From assembly GCA_964642615.1 (NCBI GenBank), contig CAZXSW010000007.1:2298-66297 (forward strand): DNA of 64,000 nucleotides, given 5' to 3'. The notes under the pieces are model-generated. The model had not been told where the DNA came from. It saw nothing but the letters and a program-made list of their open reading frames with translations, and made no database searches. Each line of letters begins with the position of its first letter. Position 1 is the stretch's first letter. The DNA comes from an uncultured Rikenellaceae bacterium. Its GTDB lineage: Bacteria; Bacteroidota; Bacteroidia; Bacteroidales; VadinHA17. Positions 29,030 to 38,112 of the stretch are shown here, in pieces. The position numbers were made by a program, and so were the translations under genes.

Positions 29030-29192
29030 ACAATTGCCTTTTCACGTCAGTTTTTCTGAGTAAGAATGATTTTAGAATCGGGTAGTAATGATTCTTTTAT
29101 AAAATCTTTATACCCCGGGTCGCAATTTTTACTAAAAGAATATAAGTATTGATGTACTTTTTGCCCGCCGGAATCACCGGAAAAAGGGTAAG

Positions 29193-30638
29193 ATGAAATT
29201 AATAAATTCCCGGATTATTTTCATGATAATGAGTACTATAGTACTCATCGAGACCATCTTTTTTATTCCCTGTATAGCAATAGGTCTTTTTTATGGAGAA
29301 AGTATCCTTCCCTTTCTTCTGTCGACGGCAGTCACAGGATCATTTTTTATATTTTTCAGGCTCTGCGGAAGGAATTCACGGCTTCAGCAGATAAGTACCA
29401 GGGACACATTTCTGATAGTCACCCTTTCGTGGCTGGTGTTTTCTCTTGCAGGTTCGTTACCTTACCTGTTCAGCAACACTATCCCGTCTTTTACCGATGC
29501 CTTTTTTGAATCATCATCCGGTTTCACCACAACAGGGGCTTCAATACTACAGGAGGTTGAAAGTCTTCCCCGTTCGGTACTGTTCTGGCGGAGTCTTACC
29601 CATTGGATAGGAGGGATCGGAATAATAGTACTTGTAATAATTATACTTCCCTCACTTAATGTAAGCGGTTACCATCTCTTCAGCCTTGAGTCGTCACTTA
29701 AGGAAAAGATTCATCCTAAAGCAAGAGGTGTCGGATTCAGGATAATGATCATTTATATCAGCCTGACCTTTATTGAAACACTTCTTCTTTACTTTGGTGA
29801 TATGTCACTCTTCGACAGTATCTGTCATGCATTCGGAACTGTTGCCACGGGTGGTTTCTCGACAAAAAACACAAGCCTGATGTACTTTTCGGTATACAGC
29901 CAGTATGTTGTAATGATATTTATGTTTCTCTCAGGAATAAGCCAGGTGGTTTATTACTATCTGATTAAGATGAACTTCAGGAAGGTAAAACATAATGAAG
30001 AATTCTGGTTTTACCTGGTTACTGTCATCATTTCGGGAACCCTTGCCTTATGTCTTTTGCTTGTCAAAACCACCAAACCATTTGAAGTGGCATTCAGAGA
30101 GGGTTTTTTTCAGGTCATATCAGTTATTTCATGTACAGGCTTTGCAACTGCTGATTACTTATTATGGCCCACAGCAGGAATTGCACTTATCTTTTTGCTT
30201 ATGTTCTCGGGCGGAAGCACCGGATCTACAAGCGGTGGAATAAAACTGGCCAGGCATCTCATCTTTTTAAAAAATGTAAAGAGAACCCTTATACGTGTCA
30301 GTCACCCCAACGCAGTAGTTTCTGTAAAGCTCAATGGCAAAAGCCTCGATGAACGTACCAATATCTCAGTTATTTCTTTCATAGTGCTCTATTTCTTTAT
30401 TTTTATCACCGGGACAGTATTAATGGCTGTTAGCGGTCCGGATCTGATTACTTCAGCCTCATCGGTTGCCACCTGCCTTGCAGGAGTCGGTCCCGGATTA
30501 GGCTCTGTTGGACCGATGAGCAATTTTTCAGCGCTTCCTGACTTAAGTAAAATAGTCCTTAGTCTTGTAATGATTTTAGGCAGGCTTGAGATAATACCTG
30601 TATTTATTTTGTTTTCACGATCATTCTGGAAACTGTAA
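29193..30638 (+). CDS. trkH: TrkH-family potassium uptake permease
   Basis: 481 aa and polytopic. It has repeated pore-loop motifs (TTTGAS, ATGGFST, CTGFAT, GGSTGSTSGGIK) characteristic of TrkH/KtrB. Confidence 0.9.
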   Translation: MKLINSRIIFMIMSTIVLIETIFFIPCIAIGLFYGESILPFLLSTAVTGSFFIFFRLCGRNSRLQQISTRDTFLIVTLSWLVFSLAGSLPYLFSNTIPSFTDAFFESSSGFTTTGASILQEVESLPRSVLFWRSLTHWIGGIGIIVLVIIILPSLNVSGYHLFSLESSLKEKIHPKARGVGFRIMIIYISLTFIETLLLYFGDMSLFDSICHAFGTVATGGFSTKNTSLMYFSVYSQYVVMIFMFLSGISQVVYYYLIKMNFRKVKHNEEFWFYLVTVIISGTLALCLLLVKTTKPFEVAFREGFFQVISVISCTGFATADYLLWPTAGIALIFLLMFSGGSTGSTSGGIKLARHLIFLKNVKRTLIRVSHPNAVVSVKLNGKSLDERTNISVISFIVLYFFIFITGTVLMAVSGPDLITSASSVATCLAGVGPGLGSVGPMSNFSALPDLSKIVLSLVMILGRLEIIPVFILFSRSFWKL

Positions 30639-30648
30639 GCATTATTCC

Positions 30649-30671
30649 GGAATACAGTATTTCCTTTTTTT
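30649..30671 (+). terminator. weak rho-independent terminator after trkH
   Basis: Bulged hairpin GGAATAC-AG-TATTTCC followed by T7 (30665-30671). Confidence 0.45.
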
Positions 30672-30745
30672 GAGGAACCTGATTTGATTAATATGCAGGT
30701 TGGCTGACAAAACCTTAATTGTCGGCCATGCTTATAAAAAATCTT

Positions 30746-30753
30746 TAAATTTG
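30746..30753 (+). promoter_or_regulatory. putative -7 promoter box TAAATTTG for the CE12 esterase gene
   Basis: Perfect TAnnTTTG 23 nt upstream of the ATG at 30776. Confidence 0.4.
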
Positions 30754-30775
30754 TTATTATAAAAAGCCAGGTAGT

Positions 30776-31534
30776 ATGATGAAGAGACCGCTAAAATTCC
30801 TTGTCTTTATGTTTTTGATCATGACTCTCCAATACTGTGCCGGTGACAGGAAGGGCTTTACAATATACACTATAGGCGATTCAACTATGGCTGATAAGGG
30901 ACCTGAGGTTTTTCCTGAAAAGGGATGGTGCCAGGGGCTGGCCGCTTATTTTGTTCCCGGAGTGAAGGTTAGAAATCATGCTGTGAACGGGAGAAGTACT
31001 AAAAGCTTTATTGATGAAGGCCGCTGGCAGACTGTCCTCGATAGTCTGATGCCCGGCGACTATGTCTTTATCCAGTTCGGGCATAATGATGAAAAAGAGT
31101 ATGATACAACACGATATACAACTCCTTTCGGAAGTTATAAGGACAATCTTGTCAGATTTGTTAATGCGACACGTGCGAAGGGTGCCACACCGGTGCTGTT
31201 TACTTCTATTATTCGCCGCAATTTCAACGACGACGGCATTCTTGTACCAACACACGGAGACTATCCAGCAGCTGTCAGAAAGGTAGCAGACAGTATGGAT
31301 GTAGCTTTCATTGATCATGAAAAGCTGACTGAAGAATGGGTCAGTTCACTAGGTGATGAAGTATCTAGGGAATACTATCTGTGGACCTCTCCTGATGACC
31401 GTTACCCTGAAGGCCGCCAGGACAACACTCATCTGTCGTTTAAAGGAGCCGATGCTGTTGCCCGTCTTGCTCTTGGTGAGGCCATTGTGAAGCAGCTTTC
31501 TTTTGCAGAAAGTATTATTAAAGAAAAGATATGA
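30776..31534 (+). CDS. rhamnogalacturonan acetylesterase-like SGNH hydrolase (CE12)
   Basis: 252 aa with a signal peptide. SGNH block I is IYTIGDSTMAD, and NHAVNGRSTKSF, FIQFGHNDE and a C-terminal D..H are also present. Confidence 0.85.
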   Translation: MMKRPLKFLVFMFLIMTLQYCAGDRKGFTIYTIGDSTMADKGPEVFPEKGWCQGLAAYFVPGVKVRNHAVNGRSTKSFIDEGRWQTVLDSLMPGDYVFIQFGHNDEKEYDTTRYTTPFGSYKDNLVRFVNATRAKGATPVLFTSIIRRNFNDDGILVPTHGDYPAAVRKVADSMDVAFIDHEKLTEEWVSSLGDEVSREYYLWTSPDDRYPEGRQDNTHLSFKGADAVARLALGEAIVKQLSFAESIIKEKI

Positions 31535-31601
31535 AAGGGCTGACCGGCAACTCTTTTCAGGCGACATAAAAAGTCCCTTGCACCTTTGGCAATCAACCTT
31601 A

Positions 31602-31684
31602 CCCCATCCCGGGGGGGGAATTTATTCTGGCTTCGCCAGGCTCCCTGCTTTGCTTAATTGGTTCTTTTCTCCCCCGGGCCGGGG
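31602..31684. repeat. GC-rich imperfect inverted repeat (CCCCATCCCGGGGGGGG ... CTCCCCCGGGCCGGGG) enclosing a 50-nt segment with an inner hairpin
   Basis: The arms at 31602-31618 and 31669-31684 can pair as 4 bp, a 2x2 internal loop, then 10 bp. An inner stem CTGGC/GCCAG lies at 31627-31639. The element contains a G8 tract (31611-31618) and sits in an otherwise AT-rich intergenic region. Confidence 0.5.
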
Positions 31685-31806
31685 CTAACAAAGAAAATCA
31701 ATGAGGGTCCACGCATGATTCCCTGTACTATATTAAATAATTATAAATGTCTTATTTCTTCAGAAAACTTATCTGAAATGGATTACTTTGCAGGATATCT
31801 CAGATA

Positions 31807-33558
31807 ATGATGGAGAAACCCGTAAGCACATCAGTGGGAGGAGCAGGTAACCGTAGCGGGTTGTTCAGTGTTCTGTGGCCCTACAGGCTGATGGTTTTTG
31901 TTCTTGTGGTACTGGCCCTGGGAGGAAGCAGCATCAACCTCATCATTCCCGGTATCATAGCCCGGGGCATTGATGCATTTACAGCGGGTAACTTTAATGC
32001 CATAAGGATAATAGCCGAATTTGCCGCTGCTGCTGCCGGCATTTTTATCTTTACCTTGCTCCAGGGAGTGCTGCAGACGGTGACAGCTGAAAGAGTGGCA
32101 CGCGAACTCAGGGAAAAAATAGCCGGGAAACTTTCAAATCAGACCTATACCTTTATTCTTGACTCCAATCCATCAAAACTTCTGACAATAATAACCTCTG
32201 ATATGGATTCGGTAAAGATGTTCGTGTCACAGGCTTTTGTCAATATAATATCGTCACTGTTCGTAATAGCCGGTGCCGCCATACTGCTGCTTCTTATAAA
32301 CTGGAAACTTGCCCTTATGGTCCTTCTGATAGTACCCCTGATAGCCGGTGCCTTCTATTTTGTGTTCAGAAAGGTGAGGGTAATTTTCAGAAAGAGCAGG
32401 GAGGTCATTGATGCTCTCAACAGGATTATAAATGAGAGTATTCTTGGAGCAGCCCTTATAAGGGTGCTTAATTCGCAGCAACAGGAGAGCCTTAAGTTCT
32501 TTGAAAAGAATATGGAATCGCGCGACCTGGGATTGTCTATAGTAAAACTCTTTTCGGTGCTTATCCCTGTCATTATGTTTGTTTCAAACATGGCAGCTGT
32601 AGTGATACTTGCCATGGGAGGTCATTATGTGGTAGCCGGAACACTGAGCCTTGGAAATTTTGCCGCATTCAACAGCTATCTGATGATGCTTATCTACCCG
32701 GTGATGATGATCGGATTTATGAGTAATATAATTGCCTCGGCCACTGCATCATACGGCAGGATTAAAAAGGTCATGGACGAACCGCCTCCAAAGGAGACCG
32801 GGACTATCAGTTCTGATCTCACCGGTCATATTTCGGTCAGGGGTATTAATCTGAGCTATGGCGGAAAGCCGGTCCTTAAAAATCTCTCATTTGAAATCAA
32901 GGCAGGAAGTAAATGTGCAATAATCGGTCCAACGGCAGCCGGCAAGAGTCAGCTTCTCTACCTCCTGGCAAATCTCATCTCTCCCGATTCGGGCAGTATT
33001 GAGTTTGACGGTATCCCTGCAGCCAGATATTCGGGTGAGGTCTTTCACAAGCAGACGGGGTTTGTGTTTCAGGACAGTGTGATCTTTAACCTTAGTCTCA
33101 GGGAGAATATTGCATTCAACGATTCGGTGACGGTTGAGGGGCTTGAAAAGGCAATAGCTACGGCCGGCCTGGATGACTTTATTGACACTCTTCCCGGGAA
33201 ACTCGATACCATGGTATCGGAAAGAGGTACCAGCCTGTCGGGCGGACAGAAGCAGAGGATAATGCTGGCCAGGGCCCTGGCCCTTAATCCGCGGATCCTC
33301 CTCCTCGATGATTTTACGTCGAGGGTTGACAGGAAGACTGAAGACAGGATAATGTGCAACATCATGAATAACTATCCCGGTATGACCTTGCTGTCGGTTA
33401 CACAGAAAATTGCCCCCGTCAGGCATTTCGATCAGCTCATCCTGCTTATGGAAGGAGAGATTATTGCCACCGGGCGGCATAAGGATTTGCTTGTAAGTTC
33501 ACCTGAGTACAACCAGATATACGGCTCACAAAGGAGTACGCATCATTATGAAGTATAA
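31807..33558 (+). CDS. ABC exporter subunit (TMD-NBD half transporter) with a degenerate NBD
   Basis: 583 aa with 6 TM segments. Walker A is GPTAAGKS and the signature is LSGGQKQR. Walker B is ILLLDDF (no catalytic Glu), and the switch position is TQK instead of His. Confidence 0.9.
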   Translation: MMEKPVSTSVGGAGNRSGLFSVLWPYRLMVFVLVVLALGGSSINLIIPGIIARGIDAFTAGNFNAIRIIAEFAAAAAGIFIFTLLQGVLQTVTAERVARELREKIAGKLSNQTYTFILDSNPSKLLTIITSDMDSVKMFVSQAFVNIISSLFVIAGAAILLLLINWKLALMVLLIVPLIAGAFYFVFRKVRVIFRKSREVIDALNRIINESILGAALIRVLNSQQQESLKFFEKNMESRDLGLSIVKLFSVLIPVIMFVSNMAAVVILAMGGHYVVAGTLSLGNFAAFNSYLMMLIYPVMMIGFMSNIIASATASYGRIKKVMDEPPPKETGTISSDLTGHISVRGINLSYGGKPVLKNLSFEIKAGSKCAIIGPTAAGKSQLLYLLANLISPDSGSIEFDGIPAARYSGEVFHKQTGFVFQDSVIFNLSLRENIAFNDSVTVEGLEKAIATAGLDDFIDTLPGKLDTMVSERGTSLSGGQKQRIMLARALALNPRILLLDDFTSRVDRKTEDRIMCNIMNNYPGMTLLSVTQKIAPVRHFDQLILLMEGEIIATGRHKDLLVSSPEYNQIYGSQRSTHHYEV

Positions 33559-35311
33559 CCTCAACCAGGAACCCGATGAGGCCGGGAAGAAACTCCCGGT
33601 AATAGCATCGCTGAGGAAGCTGATAACCATCATCAGCAGTGAGCGTCGCAATCTTACCGTGGCCTTTGTGGCCATCTTTCTGAATGCCGGATTAAGCCTG
33701 CTGGGTCCGTATCTGGTAGGTTACACAATTGATACTTATGTTGTGACGAAGAACCTGAACGGGGTCCTCCTTTTTTCAGGCATCCTTCTGCTCATATATG
33801 TCATTGCCTTTGCAGTCAACTATGCCCAGATGAGAATGATGGGAGGGATAGGACAAAGGATGCTTTTCAGCCTCCGTAACTCAGTCTTCAACAAGCTTCA
33901 GGAGCTGCCTCTCGATTTCTTTAATCAGAATAAGTCAGGCGACCTGATCTCACGGATCAATAATGATACAGATAAGGTCAACCAGTTTTTTTCTCAGTCG
34001 CTGATGCAGTTTATAGGAAGCCTTTTTACCATGACAGGTGCCGGCATCCTTCTTCTAGCCATCAATCTGCCCCTGGGCCTGGCTGCCCTTTCACCTGCCC
34101 TCCTGCTCTGGATCTTTACCAGGCTTATTTCTCCCTGGATAAGGAAAAGGAACGATTTAAGCCTGCGAACCCTGGGCGACCTTTCGGCAGAGGTTCAGGA
34201 AAGTCTTGCCAACTTCAGGGTGGTGGCTGCCTTTGACCGCCGCGACTATTTCAGACGGCATTTTGCTGAGGTGAACAATGCCAACTATAAACGTTCGGTC
34301 GATGCCGGGATAGCTAATAACCTTCTTACCCCGGTCTACACCTTTGCTGCACATATAGGTCAGCTTATAGTACTTACTCTTGGAATATGGCTTATTGTTA
34401 AAGGTCATTTCACGATCGGACTGCTTATCAGTTTCCTTGCCTATATAACAAACTTTTATAATCCGCTGAGACAGATGGCTGCCCTGTGGGCCAATTTCCA
34501 GCTTGCCCTGGCAGCATGGGACAGGATATCACTTCTTCTATCACTTGAAAACAATCTTAAAGTGATTCCGGAAACCGGCAAAAAAGACGGCAGTCCTTTT
34601 ATAAGCTTCGGAAATGTATCATTCAGTTATCCCAACGGCAAGGAAGTGCTGCACAATGTAACCCTTAACCTGGAAAAGGGCAGGACCTATGCTTTTGTCG
34701 GACCCACGGGAGGGGGAAAGACAACCACTGCATCTCTTATTGCAAGGCTGTACGACTCATCCAGAGGCCCGATACTTCTTGAGGGCAGGGACATCAGATC
34801 ATATTCTCCTGCTGAAAGAGCTTCGCTTATAGGCTTTATTCTTCAGGAGCCCCTTCTTTTTACAGGCACGGTAAGAGAAAATATCTTATATGGAAACCCC
34901 GGATATGCAGGTCTTTCAAACGAACAACTCACAAGGGTCATTGAAGAAGAAAACCTTCAGGATCTTCTCAAGAGGTTTGACAGGGGACTGGATACGCCGG
35001 TCCAGATGAACGGCGACGGAATAAGCCTGGGACAGAAGCAGCTTATTGCCTTTATCCGGGCCATCCTGCGTAAACCCTCATTGCTTATTCTCGATGAAGC
35101 ATCAGCCAATATAGATACTGTTACCGAACAACAGCTCGAAACAATACTTACCAATCTTCCTTCGTCAACCACAAAGGTCATCATTGCTCATCGTCTTAAC
35201 ACAATAGAAAATGCCGATGAGATCTTTTTCGTAAACGAGGGTAAGATCATTGCAGCTGGTTCCTTCAGGGAAGCCCTCGACATGCTGATGCAGGGGAAAG
35301 TAGCCAGCTGA
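33548..35311 (+). CDS. ABC exporter subunit (TMD-NBD half transporter) with a consensus NBD but a degenerate signature motif
   Basis: 587 aa. Walker A is GPTGGGKT, Walker B is LLILDEAS and the H-loop is IIAHRL, but the signature is ISLGQKQL. It overlaps the upstream partner gene by 11 nt. Confidence 0.9.
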   Translation: MKYNLNQEPDEAGKKLPVIASLRKLITIISSERRNLTVAFVAIFLNAGLSLLGPYLVGYTIDTYVVTKNLNGVLLFSGILLLIYVIAFAVNYAQMRMMGGIGQRMLFSLRNSVFNKLQELPLDFFNQNKSGDLISRINNDTDKVNQFFSQSLMQFIGSLFTMTGAGILLLAINLPLGLAALSPALLLWIFTRLISPWIRKRNDLSLRTLGDLSAEVQESLANFRVVAAFDRRDYFRRHFAEVNNANYKRSVDAGIANNLLTPVYTFAAHIGQLIVLTLGIWLIVKGHFTIGLLISFLAYITNFYNPLRQMAALWANFQLALAAWDRISLLLSLENNLKVIPETGKKDGSPFISFGNVSFSYPNGKEVLHNVTLNLEKGRTYAFVGPTGGGKTTTASLIARLYDSSRGPILLEGRDIRSYSPAERASLIGFILQEPLLFTGTVRENILYGNPGYAGLSNEQLTRVIEEENLQDLLKRFDRGLDTPVQMNGDGISLGQKQLIAFIRAILRKPSLLILDEASANIDTVTEQQLETILTNLPSSTTKVIIAHRLNTIENADEIFFVNEGKIIAAGSFREALDMLMQGKVAS

Positions 35312-35324
35312 AGGGAATTCTTCT

Positions 35325-35332
35325 TAAATTTG
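35325..35332 (+). promoter_or_regulatory. putative -7 promoter box TAAATTTG for the P-type ATPase gene
   Basis: Perfect TAnnTTTG 52 nt upstream of the ATG at 35384. Confidence 0.35.
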
Positions 35333-35383
35333 GCTCTTGAACCTGTGTAGATTTTTTGCGAATAACTTAACTATCCGGTAAAT

Positions 35384-38071
35384 ATGATTCATTATTTTAA
35401 TCAGGAGATAAGCGAATTAGTAAATTCACTGAATGTTGATGAAAAAAACGGCCTTACAACAGATGAGGCAGTCATCCGAATAGGCAAGTACGGTCATAAT
35501 CAGCTTGAGTCGAAAAACAAAAAATCTTTTCTCCGGATATTCCTGGAGCAGTTTAAGAGCTTTATGATCATAATTCTTCTGGTAGCTGCTGCCGTTTCGG
35601 GAGTGGTCGGAGTGATGGAAGGCGAGGGTTTGCTTGATACTTATGTTATTATGGGTATTCTGGTACTGAATGCCTTTGTGGGAGCTTATCAGGAAAAGAA
35701 AGCGGAAGCTTCGCTTGAAGCCCTTAAGACTCTCACCACTCCACTGACCAGGGTATTGCGCGACGGGGATGTTAAGGAGATTCCCTCGGTGGATCTTGTC
35801 CCGGGCGATATAGTGATACTTGAGACAGGAGCTTTCATCCCGGCTGACCTTCGTCTGTCGGAGGCCATCAACCTTAAGATCCAGGAATCGTCGCTTACAG
35901 GAGAGTCTGTACCTGTTGATAAACAGACTGATGCTCTTCATGGTCAGGAGATACCACTTGGCGACCGCAGCAATATGGCTTTCTCGAGCGGGATGGTAAC
36001 ATACGGGCGCGGCCGTGGCATTGTGGTGGCCACAGGAATGAAGACCGAGGTGGGTAAAATAGCCGGGATGCTGCAGGAGACCATGGATACACAGACACCC
36101 ATGAGCAGGCGTCTTGAACAATTGGGGAAAGTCCTTGGAATAGCCGCCCTTATAATCTGCGGGGTGATCTTTCTTGTCGGAATCCTGTACGGAAACAAAG
36201 TCCTTGACATGTTCATGACAGCTGTCACCCTTGCCGTGGCTGCAATACCTGAGGGCCTGCCCGCCGTGTCGACAGTCGTTCTTGCAATCGGAGTGCAGAG
36301 GATGGTTAAGAAAAATGCCATTATACGTACACTTCCGTCAGTCGAGACTCTGGGAAGTGCAACAGTAATATGTTCCGACAAGACCGGTACTCTTACCCAG
36401 AATAAGATGACTGTGGTTGAAGCATTCGTTAATCATAAGAGAGATACAATAAACAGAGCTGCCCCTGCGACGGTTCTTAATGATGAAGAAAACAGGCTTC
36501 TCACCATCTCTGTGCTTTGCACCGACGCCAGATCACGGACGGGCAACGAAGGTAAATTCGAGTTCACAGGCGATCCTACCGAGACTGCACTTCTTGACTT
36601 CGGAATCCTGTATAATCTGTTCAAGGACAAGGCTGAAGAGGAATTTCCAAGGGTAGACGAGATCCCTTTCGACTCGGAGAGAAAGCGTATGACAACAGTA
36701 AACAGGATGTCTGAAACCCTGTACCGCGTTAATGTAAAAGGAGGACTCGACGAGGTTTTAAGCGTATGCGATAAGATAATAATAGAGGGCAGTGTCAGAC
36801 CGATAAGTGCCGACGACATAAACCTGATAAGGAACACAAACGAAGAGATGGCGAAATCGGCACTGCGTGTTCTTGCCATGGCTTACAGGGATCTGAATGA
36901 AGCGCCTGATAAGGCTGCAGTCAATGATCTTGAGAAAGGCCTGATCTTTATTGGAATGCTTGGTATGATAGATCCGGCACGGCCCGAGGTAATAGATGCG
37001 GTGGCTCGCTGTAATACAGCCGGCATACGCCCTGTTATGATAACCGGCGACCATAAAACAACCGCCATGGCGATTGCCAGGGAGATAGGCATTTTTAAGG
37101 ACGGTGATATTGCCCTTACAGGAGAAGAACTCCAGAAGATAGATGAGGAAGAATTTACCCGGAACGTCTCAAACTATACAGTCTATGCCAGGGTAGCCCC
37201 TGAACACAAAGTGAGGATTGTCAAAGCCTGGCAGAAGCATAATGAGGTAGTTGCCATGACGGGTGACGGGGTAAATGATGCTCCGGCATTACGGCAGGCT
37301 GATATAGGGGCGGCAATGGGAATTGTAGGTACCGATGTTGCCAAGGGAGCTGCTGATATGGTACTTACCGATGACAACTTCGCCACAATAGTGTCGGCTG
37401 TCGAAGAGGGGAGGAGGATCTATGATAATATACTTAAGGTGATCCAGTTCCTTCTCTCAACCAATATAGGGGAGATCTTCCTGCTCCTCGTGACTGCGGT
37501 GTTCAATATGGGAATACCACTTCTTCCTATTCATATTCTCTGGGTTAACCTTGTTACTGACAGTCTTCCTGCTCTTGCGCTCAGTATCGATCCGGCTGAA
37601 AATGATATAATGAAAAGGAAACCTGTTAATTCAAAAAAGGGCTTTATGACAAAAGGAATGATCTGGAGGATCATGTACCAGGGAATAATGATAGGATCAA
37701 TTCCATTGGGGGCCTTTATTATTGGATTAAGGGAAGGTGGCCTTGTACTGGGCCAGACGATGGCATTTGCATCACTTATCTTTGCCCAGCTCGTTCATGT
37801 AAGGAACCTTCATTCAAAAAGCAGGTCCTCACTTGCAATAAGCCCTTTTAAAAACATCCCGCTTATTGGGGCTATCATGGTTTCGGCAGGACTTGCCCTT
37901 ATTGTGTTACTTGTACCTCAGGTAAGGGAAGCCTTCAGCCTTACAGAGATGAGTGGCAGGAACTGGCTTTTTGTGGGTCTGATATCACTTATACCCATAC
38001 TGGTGGTCGACATCTTCAAGCTGTTGAGGATTAATACCACAAAGGAAGAAAAGAACCTTCAGGATTCATAG
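35384..38071 (+). CDS. calcium-translocating P-type ATPase (P2A/SERCA-PMCA-like)
   Basis: 895 aa with TGES, IPEGLPAV (TM4 PEGL), ICSDKTGTLTQN, MITGDHKTTA and TGDGVNDAPAL motifs, and 10 TM segments. Confidence 0.9.
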   Translation: MIHYFNQEISELVNSLNVDEKNGLTTDEAVIRIGKYGHNQLESKNKKSFLRIFLEQFKSFMIIILLVAAAVSGVVGVMEGEGLLDTYVIMGILVLNAFVGAYQEKKAEASLEALKTLTTPLTRVLRDGDVKEIPSVDLVPGDIVILETGAFIPADLRLSEAINLKIQESSLTGESVPVDKQTDALHGQEIPLGDRSNMAFSSGMVTYGRGRGIVVATGMKTEVGKIAGMLQETMDTQTPMSRRLEQLGKVLGIAALIICGVIFLVGILYGNKVLDMFMTAVTLAVAAIPEGLPAVSTVVLAIGVQRMVKKNAIIRTLPSVETLGSATVICSDKTGTLTQNKMTVVEAFVNHKRDTINRAAPATVLNDEENRLLTISVLCTDARSRTGNEGKFEFTGDPTETALLDFGILYNLFKDKAEEEFPRVDEIPFDSERKRMTTVNRMSETLYRVNVKGGLDEVLSVCDKIIIEGSVRPISADDINLIRNTNEEMAKSALRVLAMAYRDLNEAPDKAAVNDLEKGLIFIGMLGMIDPARPEVIDAVARCNTAGIRPVMITGDHKTTAMAIAREIGIFKDGDIALTGEELQKIDEEEFTRNVSNYTVYARVAPEHKVRIVKAWQKHNEVVAMTGDGVNDAPALRQADIGAAMGIVGTDVAKGAADMVLTDDNFATIVSAVEEGRRIYDNILKVIQFLLSTNIGEIFLLLVTAVFNMGIPLLPIHILWVNLVTDSLPALALSIDPAENDIMKRKPVNSKKGFMTKGMIWRIMYQGIMIGSIPLGAFIIGLREGGLVLGQTMAFASLIFAQLVHVRNLHSKSRSSLAISPFKNIPLIGAIMVSAGLALIVLLVPQVREAFSLTEMSGRNWLFVGLISLIPILVVDIFKLLRINTTKEEKNLQDS

Positions 38072-38112
38072 TAACAGATGTCGCATGCATTTTAAGTAAG
38101 AAGAACAGGGTT

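Noticed and set aside
29030-29192. Possible K+-related riboswitch (c-di-AMP/ydaO type) in the leader of trkH
   Set aside because: I could not recognise the conserved pseudo-symmetric ydaO core. I saw only a trivial CCGG-N5-CCGG hairpin, and the spacer is short. An Infernal/Rfam scan would be needed to settle this.
32887-33480. 197-aa minus-strand ORF
   Set aside because: It is antisense to the NBD of the first ABC exporter subunit, where the Walker A/signature/Walker B motifs read in the plus frame. It is a shadow ORF.
35426-36121. 231-aa minus-strand ORF, plus several others at 35689-37386
   Set aside because: These are antisense to the P-type ATPase gene, whose diagnostic motifs (DKTGT, TGDGVNDAPAL) fix the true frame. 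They are shadow ORFs.
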